DNA from: an uncultured Gemmiger sp. | GTDB lineage: Bacteria > Bacillota > Clostridia > Oscillospirales > Ruminococcaceae | Length of the DNA: 64,000 nt | Assembly: GCA_949295035.1 (NCBI GenBank) | Contig: CASFJO010000013.1 | Coordinates: 49,681-113,680 of the forward strand | Direction of reading: 5' to 3' | Shown here: in pieces, positions 9,732-18,174 of the stretch | Layout of the letters: the number at the start of each line of letters is the position of its first letter | How positions within the stretch are numbered: position 1 is the first letter of the stretch | Translations under genes and position numbers: made by a program | Notes under the pieces: model-generated | The model's database searches: none | Told to the model about the DNA's origin: nothing | The model's input: the letters and a program-made list of their open reading frames with translations, nothing else

Positions 9732-11156
9732 TTGGTATTCAGCACCGTTTTGTTCCTGTTCCGGTTTCTTCCCATCGCGCTGCTGCTCTACTATCTGACT
9801 CCCCCCAAGCTGAAAAACACCGTACTGTTTGTGTGCAGCCTGGTGTTCTACTCCTGGGGTGAGGTCAAGTTCTTCCCCATCATGGTGGTGCTCATCCTGA
9901 TCAACTACATCGCCGGGTTGGGGATGGAGAGATTTGACAAAAATACCGCTGTGCGGCGGGGCTTTCTGCTCTTTGCCATTATCGGCAGCCTGTCCATGCT
10001 GGTATTCTTCAAGTATACCAACTTCATCATTACCAGCATCAACGCCCTGGCCGGGCTGGGGATCCCCACCATTGAGGGGGTGTCGGTGCTGCCGCTGGGC
10101 ATCAGCTTCTACACCTTCCAGACCATGAGTTACTCCATCGACGTGTACCGCCGCGGGGTACCCTCGGAACACAACTTCATCAACTTCGGCGCCTATGTGG
10201 TCATGTTCCCTCAGCTGATCGCAGGCCCCATCGTGAAGTACCGGGACGTGGCTGAGCGGCTGCACATCTACAAGGGCCGGGTGACCATGGACCGGATCGA
10301 GGAAGGCGTGGCGCTGTTCATCTTTGGTCTGGCCAAGAAGGTGCTGCTGGCGGACACCATCAGCGCGCTGTGGCACGATGTGATCGGCACCTACAGCGGC
10401 ACGGTGGAGACCGCCGCCGGTATCGGCATCCTGAATGCCTCCACCCCGCTGGTCTGGCTGGGGCTGATCGCCTACTCCTTCCAGCTGTATTTTGACTTTT
10501 CCGGCTACTCAATGATGGGCATCGGTATGGGCAAGATGCTGGGGTTTGATTTTCCGGACAACTTCAACCTGCCGTATATCTCCCGCAGCATCACTGAGTT
10601 CTGGCGCCGCTGGCACATCACCCTGTCCAGCTGGTTCAAGGAATATGTCTACATCCCCCTGGGCGGCAACCGGAAGGGCCTGGCCCGTCAGATCTTCAAC
10701 ATCTTTGTGGTCTGGCTGCTCACCGGCATCTGGCACGGCGCCAACTGGAACTTTATCCTCTGGGGCCTGTACTACTTTGTGCTGCTGATGATCGAAAAGG
10801 TCTTTTTGCTGAAACACCTGAAAAAGGGCCGGATCTGGCCCCACATCTACACCCTGTTCTTTGTGGTGGTGGGCTGGGCGCTCTTTGTGGGCAACGAGCC
10901 GGGCGTGGGGCTGGCTGCCCTCTTCACCAAGCTGTTCATCCCCTCCGGCGGGGTAAGCTGCCTGTATTTTTTGCGCAACTACGGTGTATTGCTGATCATC
11001 AGTATCCTGTGCTGCACCCCTCTGCCGCTTTTGGTGTGGAAAAAGCTGCAGTCCATCAAATGGGTGCGCCTGACGGTACTGGGCGTACTGCTGCTGCTGA
11101 GCGTGGCCTATATCGTAGGGTCTACCAGCAGCCCGTTCCTGTATTTCAACTTCTAA
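9732..11156 (+). CDS. MBOAT family O-acyltransferase (AlgI/DltB-like)
   Basis: Polytopic protein with the MBOAT His-box FWRRWHITLSSWFKEYVYIPLGGNR. TTG start at 9732 is preferred (GAGGTG RBS); the start is uncertain. Confidence 0.85.
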   Translation: MVFSTVLFLFRFLPIALLLYYLTPPKLKNTVLFVCSLVFYSWGEVKFFPIMVVLILINYIAGLGMERFDKNTAVRRGFLLFAIIGSLSMLVFFKYTNFIITSINALAGLGIPTIEGVSVLPLGISFYTFQTMSYSIDVYRRGVPSEHNFINFGAYVVMFPQLIAGPIVKYRDVAERLHIYKGRVTMDRIEEGVALFIFGLAKKVLLADTISALWHDVIGTYSGTVETAAGIGILNASTPLVWLGLIAYSFQLYFDFSGYSMMGIGMGKMLGFDFPDNFNLPYISRSITEFWRRWHITLSSWFKEYVYIPLGGNRKGLARQIFNIFVVWLLTGIWHGANWNFILWGLYYFVLLMIEKVFLLKHLKKGRIWPHIYTLFFVVVGWALFVGNEPGVGLAALFTKLFIPSGGVSCLYFLRNYGVLLIISILCCTPLPLLVWKKLQSIKWVRLTVLGVLLLLSVAYIVGSTSSPFLYFNF

Positions 11157-11171
11157 GGGGGTGTGCCTGTC

Positions 11172-12350
11172 ATGAAAGAACGCCTGAAACAACTGGGCTC
11201 ACTGCTGCGCGCCTACCCGGCTGCCATCTGCTTTCTGGTATTCATCACCGGATTCATGGTGCTGGACATGTGCTGGCCCACCCGGGAATTCTCTGAGCTG
11301 GAAAACACCATGCTGGATCAGAAGCCCGCGTTCAGCTTCCAGGCTCTGTTCAGCAACCAGTGGACCGCCGATTACGGCGAATATGTAAAGGATCAGATCG
11401 CCTTGCGGGACAGCTGGATCGACCTGCAGAGCCGCAGTGAGAGCCTGCTGCTGCAGAAGGCCGAGATCGGCGGCATCCTGATCGGCAAGGACCGGCAGCT
11501 GTTCACCGAGATGTTCACCCTGACCCGCACCGAACAGCGCACCCTGCCCAACAACATCAGCGCTCTGGAGCAGTTCGCTCAGCGGCACGGGGACAAGGTT
11601 ACGGTGCTGATCGCTCCGTCGGCCAGCGTGATCTATCCGGAAAAGCTGCCCTTCGCGGCCCCGATGCTGGACGAGGACGGCTGGCTGGATCAAATCTTTG
11701 CGGCGGTTGACACGGCCGGCGGCAATGTGCTGGATCTGCGGGATACCTTTACCGGGCACAAGGACGAATATATCTACTACCGCACTGACCACCACTGGAC
11801 CACCTACGGGGCGCAGCTGGCCTATGAGGACTTCTGCGCTCAGCAGGGGCTGACCCCCTTTGACGCCGAGGCCCACACCCGGGTGGATGTGCCCGAGTTT
11901 TTGGGCACCAGCTACTCCAAGAGCCGGTACTGGCATGCCAAGGCGGATGTGCTCTCCTACTATCCGCTGGACAACGAGATGACCATCTTTGACGTGACGG
12001 TGCCCGGTCAGCGCACGGTCAAGAGTACCGGCGATATGTACGACACCGGCAAGCTGGAAGTGGTGGACAAGTACGCCCTGTTCCTGCGCGGAAACAACGG
12101 CTACAGCGAGATCACCGGCGACGGTGAGGGCAGTATCCTGCTGGTAAAGGACAGCTACGGCAACTGCTTTGCGCCGTTCCTGGCCGCGAACTACGCCAAG
12201 ATCGGGGTGGTGGACCTGCGCAACTACCCCTACGGCATTGACGAGTTGATCGAGAGCGAGGGGTACGATCAGGTACTGATCCTCTACAACTTCCAGAGTT
12301 TCAAGTCGGACAGCTATCTGTACAACATCAACCGGGACCCGATCGAATAA
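11172..12350 (+). CDS. DHHW family protein (AlgX/AlgJ-like SGNH acyltransferase partner of MBOAT)
   Basis: N-terminal TM anchor and the diagnostic YYRTDHHWTTYGA motif. Confidence 0.85.
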   Translation: MKERLKQLGSLLRAYPAAICFLVFITGFMVLDMCWPTREFSELENTMLDQKPAFSFQALFSNQWTADYGEYVKDQIALRDSWIDLQSRSESLLLQKAEIGGILIGKDRQLFTEMFTLTRTEQRTLPNNISALEQFAQRHGDKVTVLIAPSASVIYPEKLPFAAPMLDEDGWLDQIFAAVDTAGGNVLDLRDTFTGHKDEYIYYRTDHHWTTYGAQLAYEDFCAQQGLTPFDAEAHTRVDVPEFLGTSYSKSRYWHAKADVLSYYPLDNEMTIFDVTVPGQRTVKSTGDMYDTGKLEVVDKYALFLRGNNGYSEITGDGEGSILLVKDSYGNCFAPFLAANYAKIGVVDLRNYPYGIDELIESEGYDQVLILYNFQSFKSDSYLYNINRDPIE

Positions 12351-12366
12351 AATCCCTCACAACAGC

Positions 12367-12410
12367 CAGCCCGCCGCGGAATGTTTTCCGCGGCGGGCTG
12401 TTCTTCGTTT
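12367..12410 (+). terminator. Rho-independent terminator after the MBOAT/DHHW operon
   Basis: 15-bp stem CAGCCCGCCGCGGAA / TTCCGCGGCGGGCTG followed by TTCTTCGTTTC. Confidence 0.8.
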
Positions 12411-12413
12411 CTG

Positions 12414-13640
12414 TCAGGCTTTTTCGCCGGTGCGCCGGCGGATCAGCGAATGGGCGGGCACCGGCTGCTCCACCGGCATGGAATACCGCATCATGGCATG
12501 GGGAGTGGCGGGGATCTCCTCGCCGTGTTCATCCCGCAGCCAGGCGGGGCTCAGGCCCAGTACCTGGCCGGTGGGGGTCAGGATCTCCAGCGGTTTGCCC
12601 GCCTCGATGCGGCCCCGCTGGGTACATTGCGCCACGCCGTCCTGCCAGGACTCCACCACACCCACGAACTCCCATTCCCGGATATAACCACCCTGCCGGG
12701 TGTTCTGGCGGGCATGCTGCGGACCGAACAAGAACCCCGGGGAATACCGGCGGTGGCTGATGCGGGTCAGCTCATCCAGCACCGCGTCCGGACACTGGAA
12801 CTCCTCCGGCGCGGCCAGAAAGGCGTCCAGCGCCTGCCGGTAGGCACTGGTGACGCTGGCCACGTAATACAGGGTCTTGGCGCGGCCCTCGATCTTTAGG
12901 CTGTCGGCTCCGGCCTGACAGACCAGGTCGATAAAGGGGGCCATACACAGATCGTCCGCGTTCAGGATGTAGCTGCCGCCTTCGTCCTCCCCGATCTCCA
13001 TATACTGGCCGGGGCGAGTCTCCTCCACCAAATGGTATTTCCAGCGGCAGGGCTGGGCGCACTGGCCCCGGTTGGCGTCCCGCCCGGTCAGGTACTGGCT
13101 GAGCAGGCACCGGCCGGAAACGCTCATGCACATGGCCCCGTGAACGAACACCTCCAGTTCCAGTTCCCGGGGAGTGTGGGCGCGGATGGCCGCAATGTCC
13201 TCCAGGCTCAGTTCCCGGGCCAGCACCACCCGTTTGGCCCCCAGTTCAAAAGCGGCGGTGGCGGCGGCGTGGTTGGTGATCCCCATCTGGGTGGAGAAGT
13301 GCACATCCACCTCCGGGGCCAATTTCTGCACCATCCGCAGCACCCCCAGATCCGCCACGATAAAGGCGTCCACCCCGGCGGCGCGGGCGGCGGCGATGGC
13401 CTCGGGCAGACGGGTCAGTTCCTCGTTGGTGGGCAGGGTGTTCAGGGTCAGGTATACCCTCTTGCCCCGGGCATGGGCAAAGATACAGCCCTCCTCCAGC
13501 TGGGCAGGGCGGAAATTGTCCGGCGCGGACCGCATGCCAAATTCCGTCAGGCCCGCATAGACCGCGTCCGCCCCGTAGCAAATGGCGTATTGCAGCCGTT
13601 CCAGGTCCCCGGCGGGGGCCAGCAGTTCCGGTTGGTTCAT
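12414..13640 (-). CDS. peptidase U32 family protein
   Basis: 408 aa from ATG 13640, with GGAGGAG RBS. U32 signature region EVFVHGAMCMSVSGRCLLS. Confidence 0.88.
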   Translation of the reverse strand: MNQPELLAPAGDLERLQYAICYGADAVYAGLTEFGMRSAPDNFRPAQLEEGCIFAHARGKRVYLTLNTLPTNEELTRLPEAIAAARAAGVDAFIVADLGVLRMVQKLAPEVDVHFSTQMGITNHAAATAAFELGAKRVVLARELSLEDIAAIRAHTPRELELEVFVHGAMCMSVSGRCLLSQYLTGRDANRGQCAQPCRWKYHLVEETRPGQYMEIGEDEGGSYILNADDLCMAPFIDLVCQAGADSLKIEGRAKTLYYVASVTSAYRQALDAFLAAPEEFQCPDAVLDELTRISHRRYSPGFLFGPQHARQNTRQGGYIREWEFVGVVESWQDGVAQCTQRGRIEAGKPLEILTPTGQVLGLSPAWLRDEHGEEIPATPHAMMRYSMPVEQPVPAHSLIRRRTGEKA

Positions 13641-13715
13641 GATGGGATCTCCTCCTCTGAAAGTGAAAAACAGCCGGGCGGGGACCAAGGCCCGCCCGGC
13701 CGCCAGGTCTTTTGC

Positions 13716-14843
13716 TTACTGCACCGAGAAGGCCACTTTCTTGTTGGCCTCGTGCTCCGATACGGTCTTTCCGTAGTAATACTTGCCATTCTTGTCGGTC
13801 ACAAAGAAATAATAGCCCTCGGCAATGTATTCCTCATCCGGATACAGGGCGGCCTTGATGGCGTCGATGCCCGGATTGGATACCGGCCCGGGGGTCAGGC
13901 CCTCGTGCTCATAGGTGTTGTAGGCCGCGTAGATCTCGGGCGGGATCTTGTCCCAACCGCCATAGTAGGGGGCTACCCAGTTGTACAGGTAGTTGTTATC
14001 GTCCTCCCGCTGGACGTAGCTGCTCACGTTGCTCTCCAGCCGGGGATAGGGCGAACCCTCCGCCAGCCGGTTGTGGAACACGGCGGACACCTTGGCGTCC
14101 TGGTCGTTGCCTGCCTCCTCCTGCACGAAGGACGCCAGCGTGATGGCCTGGTGCAGGGTCATGCCCTCCTCCCCGGCCCGCTGACGCAGTTCCGGGGTGA
14201 CCTGCTTGTCAAACTCGGCGTAGAAGGTGTTGACGTAGTTGTAGACCTCGTCCTCCGCATAGAACTCATAGGTGTTGGGGAACAAATATCCCTCGCACTT
14301 CAAAAAGATGGTATCGTCATCCGGGATCTCGTTCCAGAACGCATACTGGCTGAAATCCCCGTTGTTGGCCACATCCAGAAATTCCTCCGCGGTACACAGG
14401 CCATTCTCCTCCATGAGTTGGGCAAACCGCAGCGCCGTGATCCCCTCCGGAAAGGTGATGGTCACCGTGTCCCGCTTGACCGTTTCGCTCAACGCCTCAA
14501 TGATCGCATCGTAACTCATGCCGGCACGCAAAGTAAAGTCTCCGTACTGAAGACGGCCGGCGCTGTCGGTATAACGCACATACAACTGGAACAGCTTGGG
14601 GGTCCGGATGACGCCGGCCTCCTCCAGGGCGCGGCCGATGGTCAGCGGGCCGCTGCCCTGATCAATGTGTACCGTCACCTCAGCGCCCTGGCTCTCGCTG
14701 CCGTACACCTCGTTCATGAGCCGGACCCCGATCAGCCCGGCCGCGATCAGAAGCACGGCAAAGACAACGATCACGATCAGGCAGCCGAAACGGCCCTTTT
14801 TCTTTTTGGCGCGGGGCTGATACTGCTCAAATTCCTGCGGCAT
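13716..14843 (-). CDS. mltG: endolytic murein transglycosylase MltG (YceG-like)
   Basis: N-terminal Lys-rich segment plus TM helix. Catalytic-region motif CEGYLFPNTYEF. Confidence 0.88.
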   Translation of the reverse strand: MPQEFEQYQPRAKKKKGRFGCLIVIVVFAVLLIAAGLIGVRLMNEVYGSESQGAEVTVHIDQGSGPLTIGRALEEAGVIRTPKLFQLYVRYTDSAGRLQYGDFTLRAGMSYDAIIEALSETVKRDTVTITFPEGITALRFAQLMEENGLCTAEEFLDVANNGDFSQYAFWNEIPDDDTIFLKCEGYLFPNTYEFYAEDEVYNYVNTFYAEFDKQVTPELRQRAGEEGMTLHQAITLASFVQEEAGNDQDAKVSAVFHNRLAEGSPYPRLESNVSSYVQREDDNNYLYNWVAPYYGGWDKIPPEIYAAYNTYEHEGLTPGPVSNPGIDAIKAALYPDEEYIAEGYYFFVTDKNGKYYYGKTVSEHEANKKVAFSVQ

Positions 14844-14875
14844 AGGATGGGTCCTCCTGTGTTTGGGGTGTATTT

Positions 14876-15715
14876 TCAGGCCTGGCCGGTCTCATCCAGC
14901 ATCAGGCCCATGTAACTCTCGCTCACATCAAAACTCTCGCCGAGAAAACGGATCATACCATAGTCGGCGGGACGGCCCTCGGCCGGAAAGATGCTTTGGG
15001 CCGCGCCCAGGGTGATCTGCGCCTGGGTGGCGCCGGTCTTTTCCCGAGCCGCCTGCACCAGCAGTTCCGCGGCCCGGTCACCGGAAGCAAACAGCTCGAT
15101 AAATCGCAGGGTGTCCCAGTGGCGAAAAAACAGCCCATAACCCTCCGGGCTGGATACCACCGTGACCCCCAGGCTGTACAGATCCCGCAGCACTTCGGTG
15201 AAGGAATCCAGACCGAGCAGCACCGAATTGGGGGCATATTTTTCCCGCAGCTGCAGCAGCGAGCGAACGGTAATGGTATCGAACTCGGCGGCGGCCCACA
15301 GATTGCGCCGGACATTGCGGGTAAAGGTGCGCCGGGCAAACGCCCGCGAAAAGCCTCGCTTTTCATAAAAGGCAAACAGGCCGGCGTTGGCCGGGATGGT
15401 CACGATAAACCGGGCCCCGGCGGCGCGCAGCGCGTCGGCGGCATACTCCATCAGGCCGCTCATAAGCCCCTTCCCCCGGGCCTCGGGGGCGGTGCAGAGG
15501 GCGTAAAAATACGCGCCCCGCCTGCCGCGCAAAGTGACCGGCACCGCGCAGAGCATGGCGGATACCGGCCCGCCCTCCGGCTGGGCCACATAGACGTTTT
15601 CCCATCCGGCAAAGCGGGCGGCCATCATTTCGGTAAACTCCGCCCCATCGCCAAACGCGGTCTGCATCAGGCCGCAGAGCGCCGGCAGATCGCCGGGCTG
15701 GGCAATTCGAAACAT
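14876..15715 (-). CDS. GNAT family N-acetyltransferase
   Basis: 279 aa from ATG 15715, with GGGAGGGAG RBS. Acetyl-CoA binding motif RGKGLMSGLMEYA. Confidence 0.7.
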   Translation of the reverse strand: MFRIAQPGDLPALCGLMQTAFGDGAEFTEMMAARFAGWENVYVAQPEGGPVSAMLCAVPVTLRGRRGAYFYALCTAPEARGKGLMSGLMEYAADALRAAGARFIVTIPANAGLFAFYEKRGFSRAFARRTFTRNVRRNLWAAAEFDTITVRSLLQLREKYAPNSVLLGLDSFTEVLRDLYSLGVTVVSSPEGYGLFFRHWDTLRFIELFASGDRAAELLVQAAREKTGATQAQITLGAAQSIFPAEGRPADYGMIRFLGESFDVSESYMGLMLDETGQA

Positions 15716-15794
15716 AAACTCTCTCCCTCCCCTGTTGTTCGCGCGCGGTCGCAAAGCCCGCTGCTTTGCCGGGGCGCGCGCCGCCCCGCTCTCC

Positions 15795-16694
15795 TCATTC
15801 CTCGTCGTTGCGCATGGCCAGCCACTTAGGCTCCAGCCGCACCGGATTGTAGGACAGCTTGGCCTTGCGCAAGCCCTCTTCCCCCACGTCGTCCTCCCGG
15901 TTGATCCACTGACAGCCGCCGCAGAAAGCGCGGGCCATCTCCCGGTTGATGATGTTGTAAGCGCCCGTCACGTCGTAGAGCGCCTTTTCCACATGGGTGT
16001 CAAAGACCTTGGCGTTCAGCGCGCTGCCAAAAGAAAAGGCCACGATCCGCCCGCCGGCGGTGATATATCCGCCCTTGAGCCCCAGTTCCCCGTAGTGCTG
16101 AAACACCAGTTCGATGGCCCGGTGCTCGGCGGCAATGCCCGCATCGTCCCGGTTGTCATAGAGTTGGCACCACTCGTTGTTGAAGCGGCGCACGGCGGGC
16201 AGCACGTCCGGCGTAAGGGGACGGAACTGCCAGTCCGGATTATCCCGTTCAAACCGGGAGCAGAGATTGCGCTTTTTCTGGAACTTGCGGCCGGGCAGTT
16301 CGGCCAGTTCCCTGGCGTCGTAAATATAATCGTAGTCGTCCCGCACGTCCTCAAACCGGAACAGGCCCGGGAACCAGGCACCCATCCGCGGGGCGGCGTC
16401 CGGCGGGACCGAATAGATCACCAGCTTGCGGCCGGCGTCCCGGGCGTCCTGGAGGATGGCCTCCAGCACGGCCCGCTCATCTCCGCTGCCGGCGGGATAC
16501 AGGTAATGGTAGGCGTTCTCGCTTTCGCTGCGGGCAACGACCCAATTTTCAAAGCGGGCGATCTGGGTGTGGTAGACATGGCTCCACATGAACAGATTAA
16601 CAAAAGAAAATTCGCAGCTGGCATGGCCGCTTTGCCACAGCAGCGGCTGGGCCCATTGGCCGTCCGCCGCCGCAACGGGATGAAATTCGATCAT
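15795..16694 (-). CDS. DUF2156 domain protein (MprF/LysX C-terminal aminoacyl-transferase-like fold)
   Basis: 299 aa. N-terminal pattern SCEFSFVNLFMWSHVY is typical of DUF2156. Its start overlaps the tmk stop by 4 nt. Confidence 0.6.
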   Translation of the reverse strand: MIEFHPVAAADGQWAQPLLWQSGHASCEFSFVNLFMWSHVYHTQIARFENWVVARSESENAYHYLYPAGSGDERAVLEAILQDARDAGRKLVIYSVPPDAAPRMGAWFPGLFRFEDVRDDYDYIYDARELAELPGRKFQKKRNLCSRFERDNPDWQFRPLTPDVLPAVRRFNNEWCQLYDNRDDAGIAAEHRAIELVFQHYGELGLKGGYITAGGRIVAFSFGSALNAKVFDTHVEKALYDVTGAYNIINREMARAFCGGCQWINREDDVGEEGLRKAKLSYNPVRLEPKWLAMRNDEE

Positions 16695-17356
16695 AACAAA
16701 GCCTCGACGGCGTTTCGCACGTCCTGTTGAATGGCCGGAATGGGGCGCATCTCCTCCCCCTGGCAGCAGGGCACCGTATGCCAGCCCAGCCGCGCGGCGC
16801 AGTATTCCGCCGCACGCCGGCTGCGGGCCAGATACTCCCGGTCCTTTTCGTGAATGTCTTTTTTGCTCTCGTCCCCCTGGTAGCGCCCGGTCATGAGCCG
16901 TTGGCTCACCGCCGGGTCCACCTGAAGATAGACGACCCCGTCCGGTGCGGGAATCCCCATATATCGGTATTCAAAGTCGAACAGCCAGACCAGATAATCG
17001 GGCCATGCCTCCGGGGGCAGTTTGGAGCACTGGTGTACCGCGTTGGATGTGGTGTACCGGTCGGCCACTACAACGCCGCCGCCTTGGTAAAAGCCGCCCC
17101 AATCGGTCTTGAAGCTGGCATACCGGTCCACCGCATAGAAAGCGGAGGCCGCGTAGGCGTTCACATCGTCCGGATGGGTGCCGAACTTCCCCGCCAGATA
17201 CATTTTGACCAGGGAGGAAGAATCGCTGGTATAATCCGGGAAGGTGATCTTCTTCACCGGCAGCCCCCGGCCGGCCAGATAATCCGCCAGCAGGGCGGCC
17301 TGGGTGGCCTTGCCGCTGCCGTCCAGCCCTTCCAGCACGATCAGTCTGCCGCTCAT
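16691..17356 (-). CDS. tmk: dTMP (thymidylate) kinase
   Basis: P-loop LIVLEGLDGSGKATQ. 4-nt overlap with the thyX stop. Confidence 0.9.
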   Translation of the reverse strand: MSGRLIVLEGLDGSGKATQAALLADYLAGRGLPVKKITFPDYTSDSSSLVKMYLAGKFGTHPDDVNAYAASAFYAVDRYASFKTDWGGFYQGGGVVVADRYTTSNAVHQCSKLPPEAWPDYLVWLFDFEYRYMGIPAPDGVVYLQVDPAVSQRLMTGRYQGDESKKDIHEKDREYLARSRRAAEYCAARLGWHTVPCCQGEEMRPIPAIQQDVRNAVEALL

Positions 17357-18144
17357 TCTCCCCTCGCCTCGTTCAGTTCGGCCTTGATCCGGTCGTATCT
17401 GGCCCGCACCTCGGCGGCCCGGCCGCAGGTCATCTTCCCCTCCGGGCAGGGCCCGTGGACGCAGCCGGGACCGGCCGTCTCAAACAGTGCCGGCGCAACC
17501 CCGTAGACCAGCCGGAACATCCGCTCGGCCAGTTCCCGGATCTCCCACTGGGCCCGGTTGCAGCACCGATGCCGGAAAAAGTTGTTCAGGCTGCGGGCGT
17601 TCATGGTGACGATCATCTTGGTGGTGCAGGCGTTGGGCAGCACGAACCGGGCGTCCTCAATGGCCATTTTTTCCGCCTTTTTGGCCGCCTCCGCCTCACT
17701 GAGCCCCTGCTGCATCAGGCGGCGGATGTGCCCATCCTTGAGCAGGGCGGCGATGCGCCGGTACTCGGCGGCCTGGCTGTCCATAGCCTGGGTGAAGGCG
17801 GCCAGAGCCTCCGAATCCCCCGCCACCTCCGGCGGGGTGACGTATTCAAAGGCGTCCAGCCGCACATACCGCTGGCTCTGGACGCTGTAGCTGGCGATGC
17901 GGTGACGGGTGATCTGCGCCAGCAGACTGCGGGAGACCCCCTCGATGGCAAAGGTGAAGCTCACATGCTCCGTGGGGCTCTCGTGGCCCATGCCGGCCAG
18001 CATCCGTACAAAATCCCGGCTCTTTTCCGGGATGAGGCCCGCCATCAGGGTACTGATCTCCGCGTTGGAATAGCAGAGTTTGGCGGCGGCGGCCACCACC
18101 CGCTCCGGATCGGGGGTATGGGCGATCAGGGAAACATTCAGCAT
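17353..18144 (-). CDS. thyX: FAD-dependent thymidylate synthase
   Basis: ThyX motif RHRIASYSVQSQRY. ATG 18144 is preferred (AGAGGA RBS); ATG 18159 is the alternative. Confidence 0.9.
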   Translation of the reverse strand: MLNVSLIAHTPDPERVVAAAAKLCYSNAEISTLMAGLIPEKSRDFVRMLAGMGHESPTEHVSFTFAIEGVSRSLLAQITRHRIASYSVQSQRYVRLDAFEYVTPPEVAGDSEALAAFTQAMDSQAAEYRRIAALLKDGHIRRLMQQGLSEAEAAKKAEKMAIEDARFVLPNACTTKMIVTMNARSLNNFFRHRCCNRAQWEIRELAERMFRLVYGVAPALFETAGPGCVHGPCPEGKMTCGRAAEVRARYDRIKAELNEARGE

Positions 18145-18174
18145 TTCGGGTCCTCTCATCTCTTTCTCTGGGGA

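Noticed and set aside
13032-14915. 627-aa + strand ORF spanning the U32 peptidase and mltG genes
   Set aside because: It is antisense to two well-supported genes and crosses their intergenic region. The translation is repetitive and Gly/Pro/Val-rich. I judge it not to be coding.
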